Below, piece by piece: positions 1 through 9,231 of a stretch of DNA of 64,000 bases; position 1 is the stretch's first letter, and every line of letters begins with the position of its first letter. The DNA lies in contig CAZQDR010000004.1 of the NCBI GenBank assembly GCA_964591715.1, forward strand, positions 375-64,374, given 5' to 3'. Made by a program: the position numbers and the translations under genes. Under the pieces are notes generated by a model. The model ran no database searches and had not been told where the DNA came from. It worked only from the letters and a program-made list of their open reading frames with translations. This DNA is from an uncultured Candidatus Saccharibacteria bacterium. GTDB taxonomy: Bacteria > Patescibacteriota > Minisyncoccia > Phycocordibacterales > JACOZG01.

Positions 1-2
1 AG

Positions 3-1559
3 TCGACCAAGCTTGATGACATGCGGATTGTCATCGATCTCAAAAACGGCGCTTTCCCCCAAAAGATTTTAAACGCGCTTTATAAAAATACCGAGCTGGA
101 GACGATGTTCCACTACAACATGCTGGCGCTAGTGGACGGCGTGCCCAAACTGTTGTCGCTGAAGGGGATTATTGAGGAGTTTATCAGTCACCGCCAAGTG
201 ATTGTGACTCGTCGCGCCAAGTTTGAACTAGCTAAAGCGGAGGATCGCGAGCATATCTTACTGGGTTTGAAGAAGGCGATCGATATTATTGATCAAATCA
301 TCAGCACGATTCGTAAGTCGGCCGACACCGAGGAGGCGCACAAAAATTTGATGAGTAAGTTTAAGTTTACTGATCGTCAATCAACCGCCATTTTGGAAAT
401 GCGTCTGCAAAAGCTGGCTGGTCTCGAAATCAAAAAAGTCATGGACGAATTGGCCGAGAAACAGCAGCTAATTAAAGAACTAAAAGCGCTCTTGGCTGAC
501 TCGAAGAAGGTCTTGAAGGTGGTCCGCGATGAGTTTGAGGAAATCAAAAACAAATATGGCCGCGATCGCCGCACTAAGGTAATCAAATCCGGTGCCAAAG
601 AAATAAATACCGAAGATTTAATCCCCGAGAAGGAGAGTATGTTGGTGGTGACCGCTGGCGGCTATGTTAAGCGCACCGACCCGACCGAATATCGCTCCCA
701 GCGTCGTGGCGGTGTGGGGGTGGTTGATTTAAATATTAAAGAAGAGGATTTTGTGACTATTTTCCTCTCGGCCAATACGCACAATGACTTGTTGTTCTTT
801 ACTAACAAGGGTAAGGCCTATCAAATTAAAATGTATGATGTGCCGGAGGGTAAGCGGGCAACGCGCGGCAAATCTATTATGAACTTCTTGCCGCTCTCGG
901 ATGAGGAGAATGTGACCTCAGTGCTCGCTGTGCCCAAGGAGGTCAAAGGCAAAGCCGCAGCGCTAATGATGGTAACGCGTCAGGGTGTGGCCAAGAAGGT
1001 GGCGATTGGCAGCTTTGCCGATGTTCGCCGCTCGGGCATTATTGCCATCAAGCTTGGCGCTGGTGACGCCTTGCTCTCGGCCCAGCTGGTGGAGAAGGGT
1101 GATGATTTGATTATTGCCTCCAAACTTGGTCAATCAATCCGCTTTAAAGAGTCGGACATTCGCGAGATGGGTCGCGGTGCCGCTGGCGTGCGAGCCATGA
1201 AGTTGGCCAAGGCGGACGAGGTAATGGGCGCGAGCGTCATTAAGCCCGCCAACAAAGTTAGTACCTATTTAATTATGACCGAACACGGTTACGGCAAGAT
1301 GACCAAACTTTCTGAATACAAAACGCAAAAGCGTGGCGGCTCTGGTATTAAGACCGCTAAAATCACATCCAAGACCGGCAAATTAATTGACGGCAAAGTT
1401 ATCTATGAAGACGAATCAGAGATTGTAGCCATGTCTAAGATGGGACAAGTGATTCGCACTAAACTCGACGAGATCCCGGCGCTCGGTCGCCAAACTCAAG
1501 GCGTGCGCATTATGCGGTTGCGTGACGGTGATTCGCTCGCTTCGTTAACATTTCTATAA
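3..1559 (+). CDS. gyrA: DNA gyrase subunit A, 5'-truncated by the window edge
   Basis: GyrA-box QRRGGVG, beta-pinwheel repeats (GRxAxGV, GRQTQGVRIMRL) and ILEMRLQKLAGLE; the frame is open to the window start. Confidence 0.96.
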   Translation, partial: STKLDDMRIVIDLKNGAFPQKILNALYKNTELETMFHYNMLALVDGVPKLLSLKGIIEEFISHRQVIVTRRAKFELAKAEDREHILLGLKKAIDIIDQIISTIRKSADTEEAHKNLMSKFKFTDRQSTAILEMRLQKLAGLEIKKVMDELAEKQQLIKELKALLADSKKVLKVVRDEFEEIKNKYGRDRRTKVIKSGAKEINTEDLIPEKESMLVVTAGGYVKRTDPTEYRSQRRGGVGVVDLNIKEEDFVTIFLSANTHNDLLFFTNKGKAYQIKMYDVPEGKRATRGKSIMNFLPLSDEENVTSVLAVPKEVKGKAAALMMVTRQGVAKKVAIGSFADVRRSGIIAIKLGAGDALLSAQLVEKGDDLIIASKLGQSIRFKESDIREMGRGAAGVRAMKLAKADEVMGASVIKPANKVSTYLIMTEHGYGKMTKLSEYKTQKRGGSGIKTAKITSKTGKLIDGKVIYEDESEIVAMSKMGQVIRTKLDEIPALGRQTQGVRIMRLRDGDSLASLTFL

Positions 1560-1591
1560 ACATTGCTTTAGAGGTGTAGTATACTTAAAGC

Positions 1592-2098
1592 ATGTTTGCT
1601 GATCCGGAAAAAATAGTTCCGTACCTAGGTTTAGTTGATGGCACATGCGTGGCGGACTTTGGTGCCGGCAGCGGTCATTACTCGTTAGCGATGGCCAAGC
1701 AGGTTGGTGATCGCGGCAAAATTTACGCGATTGATGTGCAGAAGGAACTTTTGGATCGTTTGGCTACGGAGGCGCGTCGAGAGCGACTGCGTAATATTCA
1801 TATCGTCTGGGGCAATATCGAGAAGACGGGTGGCTCCAAGTTGGCTGACGCGGTGGTTGACTGTGTGCTGATTGCCAATGTCTTGCTTTTGACGAACGCT
1901 AAGTACTCAGTGGCACTTGAGGCCAAGCGCTTGCTCCGCCCTGGCGGCAAGGTGGCGGTGATTGATTGGGTTAACGCCCCGGCCGGCGGGTTGACCCCCG
2001 ACGAGGCCAAGCAAATTTTCGCGCAAGCCGGTTTTACCTTTTTAAACGACTTTCCGGCCGGGGCGCAACATTTCGGTCTTTTGTTTCAAAAAAGCTAA
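1592..2098 (+). CDS. Class I SAM-dependent methyltransferase
   Basis: VADFGAGSGH motif I, IYAIDVQ and LRPGGKV motifs. Confidence 0.88.
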   Translation: MFADPEKIVPYLGLVDGTCVADFGAGSGHYSLAMAKQVGDRGKIYAIDVQKELLDRLATEARRERLRNIHIVWGNIEKTGGSKLADAVVDCVLIANVLLLTNAKYSVALEAKRLLRPGGKVAVIDWVNAPAGGLTPDEAKQIFAQAGFTFLNDFPAGAQHFGLLFQKS

Positions 2099-2120
2099 TG
2101 GGTTACAATAAACGTATTAT

Positions 2121-3413
2121 ATGAGCACGTTCCAACTTACTCTCATTGGCGTTTTTATTTTTGCGCTAATCGTCGGAGTCTTGGTTTTTGCGGGCATCTT
2201 ACCTGGCTTCCGCGCGCCCGCTGGCGGTACGGGTGGATTAGTCACCTTGTGGGGGACGCTTCCCCAGAACGCGGCCGACTTGGCCCTTAGTCAATTTAAA
2301 AAGGATCATGAGGGGGAGTTTACACTTAACTACGTGGCCAAGGATGCCCGTTCGTTTGAGAGTGAGTTTGTAGAGGCTCTCGCTTCAGGCAATGGACCAG
2401 ATTTGGTGCTGATGCCAAACGAATTAGTAAACAAGCACACTAACAAGCTACGCCTTATTCCGTTTAGCTCCTACAGCGCCACCGACTTCCAGAATAATTT
2501 TATTGACCAAGGACGGTTGTACCTTACGAGTGAGGGCGCTTGGGCCTTGCCGGCGTTGGTTGACCCGCTGGTGATGTATGTTAACCGCGATTTGTTGATT
2601 AGCGCCCGCATTCCTCAGGTGCCTAAGACTTGGACGGAACTCCAGACAGCGGTTAAGAGTTTGTCGGTAGCCGATAATCAAAGCACGCTCAGTCAGTCGG
2701 CGATTGCTCTGGGAACTTTCAAAAATATTACTCACGCTAAAGATATTTTAAGTTTATTAATAATGCAGGCCGGTAACCCAATTGTGACCACCGGTAATAA
2801 TGGTTACGAATCAACCCTTAAAGACTCCTTGGGAAATGTTAAATCACCAGCCGAGGAAGCGCTCGACTTTTTTGGTCGCTTTGTTGATCCAACTAGCGCT
2901 GTCTACTCCTGGAACAGTGCTCAGCCCGAGGCACGGAGCGCCTTCACTCGCGGCACACTGGCCTTTTATCTCGGCTATGCCAGCGAGTTGTCCCGCTTAA
3001 AGCAGCAAAACCCGCAGTTAAATATTGATGTTGCCTTAGTGCCCCAACTGCCGGGTCGCCGCCAACTAACAATGGGTCAGCTCTCGGGTATCTCGTTGGT
3101 TAAAACTTCGCGTAATAGCGCCACCGCCTTCCAAGTGATGGCGCTCCTGACTAGTCGGAGCGCGGCCGAGGCTTTGGCTACCGTGGCCGAGTTGCCCCCC
3201 GCCCGCCGCGATCTCTTGAGACCGGTCGCCAGCGATGCCGTTAAAACCGTCTTTAACGAAGCGGCCATTCTTGCGGCGGGCTGGCCCGATCCCGACCCAC
3301 TGGCGACCGAGGCCATCTTTCGTACCATGGTTGAGGCAATCCAGGTGCGGGGAGTGATCCCAAGCGTGGCGATAATCGAGGCTGATATCCAATTAGATTT
3401 ATTGTTTAGATGA
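2121..3413 (+). CDS. Membrane-anchored extracellular solute-binding protein (family 1, sugar-binding-like)
   Basis: N-terminal TM helix; ALASGNGPDLV, LVMYVNRDLL and PKTWTEL motifs typical of SBP_bac_1/8. Confidence 0.8.
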   Translation: MSTFQLTLIGVFIFALIVGVLVFAGILPGFRAPAGGTGGLVTLWGTLPQNAADLALSQFKKDHEGEFTLNYVAKDARSFESEFVEALASGNGPDLVLMPNELVNKHTNKLRLIPFSSYSATDFQNNFIDQGRLYLTSEGAWALPALVDPLVMYVNRDLLISARIPQVPKTWTELQTAVKSLSVADNQSTLSQSAIALGTFKNITHAKDILSLLIMQAGNPIVTTGNNGYESTLKDSLGNVKSPAEEALDFFGRFVDPTSAVYSWNSAQPEARSAFTRGTLAFYLGYASELSRLKQQNPQLNIDVALVPQLPGRRQLTMGQLSGISLVKTSRNSATAFQVMALLTSRSAAEALATVAELPPARRDLLRPVASDAVKTVFNEAAILAAGWPDPDPLATEAIFRTMVEAIQVRGVIPSVAIIEADIQLDLLFR

Positions 3414-3784
3414 AAAAACTTCGCTTCATTTTGATATTTGTGGTCATGTTTGGTGTTAGCTTGGCACCAGCCTCGGCTGCCGGCCTGGTGCCCGATTGCG
3501 ACTTCTTTGGCTGTGATTTGAGTTACGTGCTGGGTCCAGGTGGATTGGTTGATCGCTTGTTGCAGTGGATGGTTCTCATCTCGGTTCCCTTAACCTCACT
3601 GGTTATCGCTTATTCAGGTATTGAGATGGTGCTATCAGCCGATAATCCAGGCAAGCGGGAGAGTGCCAAGAAAATGCTCAAGACGGCGGCTTGGGGTTTA
3701 GTGCTGGTGTTGGCGTCTTATGTTATCGTTAAGACGATTCTCGACTTCTTCGTTGTATCTCCTTATAATCCTGGGTTAAAATAA
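3410..3784 (+). CDS. TrbC/VirB2-like pilin 1
   Basis: Signal peptide, then TM - ADNPGKRESAKK - TM (GLVLVLASYVIV), the CPR pilin pattern. Confidence 0.7.
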   Translation: MKKLRFILIFVVMFGVSLAPASAAGLVPDCDFFGCDLSYVLGPGGLVDRLLQWMVLISVPLTSLVIAYSGIEMVLSADNPGKRESAKKMLKTAAWGLVLVLASYVIVKTILDFFVVSPYNPGLK

Positions 3785-3788
3785 ATAT

Positions 3789-4142
3789 ATGAATTTTATT
3801 AACACTGTTCTTGCGCAACAATCAGGATCAAATCCTCCCGGCGGCGGTCAGGGAGGTTCTAACCCACCAGCTGGATCCGGCATTGGCAATCCGCTTGGCT
3901 CGATTGATACAATCCAAAAGTTAATTATCAAAATTTTAGATCTGGTAGTACAGATTGGCTTACCCGTTATCGTGCTCATGATCATGTATGCCGGTTTTAA
4001 ATACGTCATTGCTCGGGGCGACCCGGGTAAAATCAAAGAGGCCCATCAGGCTTTGCTTTGGACCGTCATCGGTGCCGCAGTTGTTTTGGGTGCCAGTGTC
4101 ATCTCTTACGCCATCCAAAGTACCGTCACCAGCTTAAAATAA
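3789..4142 (+). CDS. TrbC/VirB2-like pilin 2
   Basis: IMYAGFKYVIARGDPGKIKEAHQALLWTVIGAAVVLGA pilin signature; N-terminal GSNPP repeat. Confidence 0.75.
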   Translation: MNFINTVLAQQSGSNPPGGGQGGSNPPAGSGIGNPLGSIDTIQKLIIKILDLVVQIGLPVIVLMIMYAGFKYVIARGDPGKIKEAHQALLWTVIGAAVVLGASVISYAIQSTVTSLK

Positions 4143-4145
4143 AAT

Positions 4146-4595
4146 ATGAATAAATACATTATTATTGCAGTCTTGTTGGTAAACTTCTTTCTCTTACCGC
4201 TAACTTATGCCGCTGGTCCTACTGGTGGACCAGAGGCTCCGGCCGGCACCCCCGCGGCCACTAATTACGGTCAGGTGACCACTAGTTCGGCGGGCAGTTG
4301 CGGCAATATTAAAGATTTTGCCAGTTTTGTTAACTGTATCCGCGACGGAATTATTCAGCCACTTATCTACTTATTGTTCGCCCTGGCTATTGTCTACTTT
4401 TTGTATGGGGTGTTACAATATATCAGGAAAGGTGGTGACGAGGATAGTCAACGCGAGGCTCGCAGTATGATGATCTTCGGCATTATTGCCATTGCAGTAA
4501 TGGTGTCGGTGTGGGGCTTGGTTAACTTTTTAACCAACAGTTTTAAGTTAGACAATGCGTCGCCCATTGTTCCCAAAATTAGTTTATTAAAATAA
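4146..4595 (+). CDS. TrbC/VirB2-like pilin 3
   Basis: Signal peptide; YFLYGVLQYI-GGDE-MIFGIIAIAVMVSVWGLV. Confidence 0.72.
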   Translation: MNKYIIIAVLLVNFFLLPLTYAAGPTGGPEAPAGTPAATNYGQVTTSSAGSCGNIKDFASFVNCIRDGIIQPLIYLLFALAIVYFLYGVLQYIRKGGDEDSQREARSMMIFGIIAIAVMVSVWGLVNFLTNSFKLDNASPIVPKISLLK

Positions 4596-4604
4596 GTAGT
4601 TTAT

Positions 4605-4979
4605 ATGATTAAAACAATTAAAAGAGTTGTGCCAGTTACGCTAAGTTTTTTACCTCTCTTGGCTGCCGCTCAGCAGGTGACCAATTTTAGTGATGTTGAT
4701 AGTTCCTTCCAGTCCATAATTGATATTATTAACGTTTACATTATCCCGATTTTGGTTGGTATTGCGGTAGTTTACTTTATGTTGGGAGTGTTGAAGTATG
4801 TTCGAGCCGGGGGTGATGAGACTGCTCGAACGGAAGGACGACACATGATGATCTTCGGCATTATTGCCATTGCGGTTATGGTCTCAATCTGGGGCTTAGT
4901 TAACTTCTTGCGAAATTCCTTTGGTTTGTCTGGGGACCAGACATTACAGGGCGGATTGCCTCAAGTGCCAAGACAATAA
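4605..4979 (+). CDS. TrbC/VirB2-like pilin 4
   Basis: Paralog of pilin 3 (MMIFGIIAIAVMVSIWGLVNFL). Confidence 0.72.
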   Translation: MIKTIKRVVPVTLSFLPLLAAAQQVTNFSDVDSSFQSIIDIINVYIIPILVGIAVVYFMLGVLKYVRAGGDETARTEGRHMMIFGIIAIAVMVSIWGLVNFLRNSFGLSGDQTLQGGLPQVPRQ

Positions 4980-4989
4980 ACTTACCTCT

Positions 4990-5268
4990 GTGTTTAAGTT
5001 TTTTACTGTTGCTGAAGCCGCAACCTCGATTCCACTGCTCGACAAGATTAAAACGAACATTCTTGATCCGTTGGTGTTGTTGATGTTTGCGGTGGCGCTA
5101 CTCGTCTTTCTCTTCGGTGTCTTCCAGATGGTGAGAGGTCAGGGGAGTGGTGAGGCCCGCGAAACGGGTGGACGGCACATTTTGTGGGGAACAGTCGGCA
5201 TGGCGATTATGGTCTCGGTCTACGGCATTCTCCATGTAGTCTGTAACACCTTCAATATCTGCAGCTAG
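4990..5268 (+). CDS. TrbC/VirB2-like pilin 5 (GTG start chosen just after the pilin 4 stop)
   Basis: VFLFGVFQMV-GSGEARETGGRHILWGTVGMAIMVSVYGI; same family as pilins 3 and 4. Confidence 0.68.
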   Translation: MFKFFTVAEAATSIPLLDKIKTNILDPLVLLMFAVALLVFLFGVFQMVRGQGSGEARETGGRHILWGTVGMAIMVSVYGILHVVCNTFNICS

Positions 5269-5282
5269 AGTAAAAATTGAGC

Positions 5283-5320
5283 AAAAAAAAGAGGCGAGTA
5301 CCGATTGGTACGCGCCTTTT
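5283..5320. terminator. Bidirectional intrinsic terminator between convergent genes
   Basis: A8-gaggcg-agtacc-gatt-ggtac-gcgcct-TTT hairpin. Confidence 0.7.
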
Positions 5321-5333
5321 GGGTTGGGGGCGA

Positions 5334-6050
5334 CTAGCGATGGTCTCGCCAGTACGCCGCTATTCGTTCCTGACTCCAGGGAGTCCAGGTAACAGTTACT
5401 GTCGCCGGTTTCGTTTCAATTTCGTTAGTCCGAAACCGGCAGGGCCCGACGTCCGCGACTGGCGCTACGCCAATGTTGGAACGGTTCTTCGGCCAGATCG
5501 TGTACATCTGACCGCTGGGCGTGATCTTGTCGACCGCGCCCGTGACCTGAATGTCCCAGTCACAGGCTGGTGGGATCTCGATCGCTTCGGTCGAGAATTC
5601 TCCCAGCGGCGCCACCAAGGTTCGCTTTTGCTCGGCGCTACCACTAGTGGTTACTGTCGCTCGGGCAATCGTCGGCGCCGTCAGCCAATCCCGCAGTGTG
5701 GGATAGCTGAACAAGAATAGACCGACAATGACCAGGCCCCAAATGTTCCGTTGAATGGTGGCTGAGCCATACTTGGCAACAACCAAGATGATTATGGCTA
5801 CGGCCAGAAACATCAGGACGGTTGTGCTGGGGAGCCACGAGTGATAGGTCGTCCAGCCACCCAGACTTAGACTGGGTTTGCCAAACGGCCAGAGCCAAAT
5901 TGCCAGCGCAATCACCACCACCGAGGCCGCGATTCCGCCACCCCACTTCATTGCCCGACGATTGACTCCCGCCTTCGACAGGATGCCTAGGAAAACGACT
6001 AGCCCTAAGACTCCCAACAAAGCCGCAATTACCTGAAGTAGCTCACTCAT
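5334..6050 (-). CDS. Hypothetical membrane protein (4 TM helices plus a soluble C-terminal domain)
   Basis: 238-aa ORF with AAGGGG RBS, hydrophobic helices, own promoter and terminator. Confidence 0.75.
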   Translation of the reverse strand: MSELLQVIAALLGVLGLVVFLGILSKAGVNRRAMKWGGGIAASVVVIALAIWLWPFGKPSLSLGGWTTYHSWLPSTTVLMFLAVAIIILVVAKYGSATIQRNIWGLVIVGLFLFSYPTLRDWLTAPTIARATVTTSGSAEQKRTLVAPLGEFSTEAIEIPPACDWDIQVTGAVDKITPSGQMYTIWPKNRSNIGVAPVADVGPCRFRTNEIETKPATVTVTWTPWSQERIAAYWRDHR

Positions 6051-6099
6051 TAATATCCCCTTATTCTTGAACGTGATTTAAAGTCCAGGTTAACGCTAC

Positions 6100-6132
6100 T
6101 TGACAGTATAGCATATAATATGCTATTGTCAA
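6100..6132. promoter_or_regulatory. Palindromic overlapping divergent promoters
   Basis: TTGACA-gt-ATAGCATAT-a-ATATGCTAT-TGTCAA; a TTGACA -35 on each strand with TATTGT (+) and TATACT (-) -10 boxes. Confidence 0.65.
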
Positions 6133-6182
6133 TACCAGCAACGTTAACTGTGTCTATTGGCCTTTGACAGCATACAAGGAGC

Positions 6183-7373
6183 ATGAAAATGCTAAGCGGA
6201 ATCGCGTTGATCGTTCTGGCCTTTGGTTTGTTGGTGGTTGGTCTGTATTACGCGGCCAAACTTAAGACCCACGTCACGAATGTGCGGACGGGGAGAATGG
6301 AGCTAGTGGTTGCAGGAGAAACGCTCGTAAAAGTGCTGAGCAATCTGCCAGGGCACCACGCCAAAAGACAGACCGATGGTACCTGGAAGATCGTCCCCAA
6401 TATTGTAGATGGGGAAGGGAATGTGATTGAGGATGGTCATAGAGCCGGACCCTTAGGTTATCTGGAGCGAAAGTGGGGTATTTACTGGGTTAGCTTGTGG
6501 TACCCCTTGCGTCAGGTTCTGAAGTTCAATCTTCCCTTTGCCGACCGCTTGGTCAGCGAATCGAAGTTGAATGCAGACTACAAAGTCAAAGATCGGATTG
6601 AGCACGTAGTTTCAAAACCAGTTGAAGACTTGCTGTGGCAATTTCCTCACCCGGTGTTTGTGCCAGAAGTAGAGTTGGGGGAGGACGGAGCCAAGGCTGA
6701 TTTTGTGGTCAATGCAATCTTGCAGATTGAGGATCCGGGACAAGCGGTGCTTGTCCATGACGCAAAGTTCTTCCTGACCATTAACCAGGTTATCCAGGGG
6801 GTGGTGGGAGACTTTGGCACCAAGCTCACTTACCAGAAGTTGCGTGCGACCCGCAAAGGGTTGGGTAAAAACAACCAACCGTCGACGGATCCCACTCTCG
6901 CCAGTATTGCTCAGCTAGCGATCGAAGCAAACGATCAGCCATCACCTGACGATGAATCACGGAGCGTACGCGAAGTAACTGGCGTTAAGATCATTAACGC
7001 TTGGGTGGTTGACTTCAATCTGACGGGCGCTAGTCTGGAACTCCAAAATGCCGCACAGCAAATGGAGATCCAGAAAAATCTGGCAGCGGCGGCGAAAGAG
7101 CGCGGCAAAGGTGCGGCGGATGAAATTAATGCCAAGGCAAAAGCCGAAGCAGATCGAATCGATATCATTGCCGAAGCCATGAGAAAAAATGGCGCCAGCG
7201 GTGATGCTATCGCAGCGGTGATTGGGACCATTCTTCGCACTGAAAACATCGGTAAGATGACTGGTCTCAGTACCTACATGGAAGGTGGAGGAACGGGGAT
7301 GGTGGCGGTTACGTCAACACCTCGGACGACTCCGCCTCCGGTCGTACCTCCGGCCCCGCCCAGCAATCCTTGA
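6183..7373 (+). CDS. SPFH/band-7-like membrane protein
   Basis: N-terminal TM, SPFH-like core (TGVKIINAWVVDF) and Ala-rich coiled coil (AKAKAEADRI); AAGGAG RBS. Confidence 0.6.
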   Translation: MKMLSGIALIVLAFGLLVVGLYYAAKLKTHVTNVRTGRMELVVAGETLVKVLSNLPGHHAKRQTDGTWKIVPNIVDGEGNVIEDGHRAGPLGYLERKWGIYWVSLWYPLRQVLKFNLPFADRLVSESKLNADYKVKDRIEHVVSKPVEDLLWQFPHPVFVPEVELGEDGAKADFVVNAILQIEDPGQAVLVHDAKFFLTINQVIQGVVGDFGTKLTYQKLRATRKGLGKNNQPSTDPTLASIAQLAIEANDQPSPDDESRSVREVTGVKIINAWVVDFNLTGASLELQNAAQQMEIQKNLAAAAKERGKGAADEINAKAKAEADRIDIIAEAMRKNGASGDAIAAVIGTILRTENIGKMTGLSTYMEGGGTGMVAVTSTPRTTPPPVVPPAPPSNP

Positions 7374-7407
7374 AGTGTTTACGGCCTTCGAGCCACTAAA
7401 CACCCAG

Positions 7408-7437
7408 CCAGCGGAAGCGATTCCGCTGGTTTTTTTT
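7408..7437 (+). terminator. Intrinsic terminator
   Basis: CCAGCGGAA-gcga-TTCCGCTGG followed by T8. Confidence 0.85.
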
Positions 7438-7538
7438 GTGCCTAAATTACTATTGACAAATAGTCAAAAGACTGTATTATAAACTACGGACTGAACCTAC
7501 TAACTCCTATAAACTTAAAGTAGAAAGGGGGCCAAATC

Positions 7539-8864
7539 ATGGCCAAAAAGAAAACCGTTGCCTACACAAAGAAAGTAACGATCAGTAGTGTCCCGCCGGC
7601 GAAGCGTAAGGCGGTGGGTGCAACTCGAAAGCGGGTCACAAAAACCGCTCCCGTGGCGGCGCCGACAAGCCATACCATCTCCACTACGGTGGCTGGTGGC
7701 AAGGGTGGTCGGATCGAGCCGACGGGAACTTGGCAGCTGGAAGCTGGCAAGAACCAGACGGTGAAGTTCATCCCCGAGCCCGAGCATCGCATCAAGAAGG
7801 TGCTGGTGGACGGCTTTGACCGCGGACCAATCCCAGCGTTCGACATTACGAACGCGCAGGCGAACGCCGTGATCGAGGTGGAGTTTGAAGCGGTCGTTCC
7901 GCCAACTCCGCCGCCGCCTCCGGTCGTGAATCACACGATCACCATCAAGGCTTCAACTGGGGGGACGGTTCTGCCCGACAGTCCGATCACTGTTCCTCAC
8001 GGAGGAAAGCAGCAAATCCGGGTCAAGCCGGAACCTGGCTATCGCCCCAAGTCTCTGATCGTTGATGGCAAGGATATGGGACTGCAAACCGTATTTATGC
8101 TCAGTAACGTCAGGGGCGACCAAGAGGTCGAGGCGATCTTCGAGCCGATCCCGGCGCCGAAGAAGAAGTTCACCTGGGCCTGGCTGCCGTCGTTTCGGAC
8201 CATCGTCGGTCTGGCGGCGCTGCTGATCATCGCCTTAGTGCTGTGGCATTACCGCGGCGCGATCAAGAGCTGGTGGACTGCCACCAAACCGTCGATCAAT
8301 CAATTGGTTGATGGCGGTGAGAGCAAGGGCGACGATGTCCAGAAGCCTGATTCATCCGGCAAGGTGGACAAGGTAAGCGGGGATAAACCGCTCCCGCCAG
8401 CTGCCGCGCCGCTCCTGCCCGTTTTTATCAAGGCTGATGGGCCGGGCTTTACGGCTGATGCTCGGGTGACGGCGGCTGAGGGAGTGGTCGTAAACATCCA
8501 CTCAACACAGCCACCACCAGAACTGAAGGTGGAACGGGTGGAGGTCGTCAAAACCGAAACTCCAACCCCAACGGTTCAGGAGGTCGTGTTGCCCCTACCG
8601 CCAGGCGCCAACATCATCAACAGTGGCGTCCTGCGGAAGAGTATCCGCGTCAGGACGATCACCGGTTACGACCGTTACTGTGGCGCTGGTAGCTCGATCG
8701 CGGTGTTTGAGAAAGGTCCCAGCGGCTGGTTCAAAGCTATCTGCCAGCCCAAGGGTGGTCGACCTCGTTACGGCGAACTCGAAGCCAAGGAGGAGGACTA
8801 CTTCTGGATCTGCCGGCAGCAGTTCCAAGACGCCGTTGGCGGCGTCATCAATTTGAGCCAATAA
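7539..8864 (+). CDS. Single-pass membrane protein with two divergent InlB-B/bacterial-repeat-like domains
   Basis: Two ~70-aa repeats (HTI...GG.I/V.P...G..Q....PEP..R.K...VDG...N......E..F), then a TM helix; AAGGGGG RBS. Confidence 0.7.
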   Translation: MAKKKTVAYTKKVTISSVPPAKRKAVGATRKRVTKTAPVAAPTSHTISTTVAGGKGGRIEPTGTWQLEAGKNQTVKFIPEPEHRIKKVLVDGFDRGPIPAFDITNAQANAVIEVEFEAVVPPTPPPPPVVNHTITIKASTGGTVLPDSPITVPHGGKQQIRVKPEPGYRPKSLIVDGKDMGLQTVFMLSNVRGDQEVEAIFEPIPAPKKKFTWAWLPSFRTIVGLAALLIIALVLWHYRGAIKSWWTATKPSINQLVDGGESKGDDVQKPDSSGKVDKVSGDKPLPPAAAPLLPVFIKADGPGFTADARVTAAEGVVVNIHSTQPPPELKVERVEVVKTETPTPTVQEVVLPLPPGANIINSGVLRKSIRVRTITGYDRYCGAGSSIAVFEKGPSGWFKAICQPKGGRPRYGELEAKEEDYFWICRQQFQDAVGGVINLSQ

Positions 8865-8877
8865 AAAGTTGGTTCGC

Positions 8878-8910
8878 GGGCGCAAGACAGATGTCTTGCG
8901 CCCTTTTTTT
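8878..8910 (+). terminator. Intrinsic terminator
   Basis: GGGCGCAAGACA-ga-TGTCTTGCGCCC followed by T7. Confidence 0.85.
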
Positions 8911-8919
8911 GTGAAATTG

Positions 8920-9001
8920 TGGGCGGGAGAGGACTTGAACCTCCACGGATTACTCCACTAGCTCCTAAGGCTAGCGCGTCTGCCAATTTCGCCACCCGCC
9001 C
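8920..9001 (-). tRNA. tRNA-Leu(TAG)
   Basis: Cloverleaf with long variable arm; anticodon loop CT-TAG-GA; T-loop GGTTCAAGTCC; CCA not encoded. Confidence 0.95.
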
Positions 9002-9048
9002 ATTAGTGGCTTTACGATAACATGTTTTTGGCATAAACTACTAGCATT

Positions 9049-9121
9049 CCGTCCATAGCTCAGTTGGTAGAGCAGTTGCCTCTTAAGCAAACGGTCGGGG
9101 GTTCGAATCCCTCTGGACGGA
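9049..9121 (+). tRNA. tRNA-Lys(CTT)
   Basis: Acceptor stem CCGTCCA/TGGACGG; TAGCTCAGTTGGTAGAGC; anticodon loop CT-CTT-AA; GGTTCGAATCC. Confidence 0.93.
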
Positions 9122-9133
9122 CTTGACGGATAT

Positions 9134-9215
9134 GCCTGGGTGGTGGAATTGGTATACACGCACGACTTAAAATCGTGTCCCGTCAGGGATGCGGGTTCGA
9201 TTCCCGCCCCAGGCA
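9134..9215 (+). tRNA. tRNA-Leu(TAA)
   Basis: Anticodon arm CACGA-CTTAAAA-TCGTG; long variable arm; GGTTCGATTCC. Confidence 0.95.
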
Positions 9216-9231
9216 CAGCAAAATAAAAAAT

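Noticed and set aside
3-1559. Topoisomerase IV ParC
   Set aside because: The GyrA-box QRRGGVG is present
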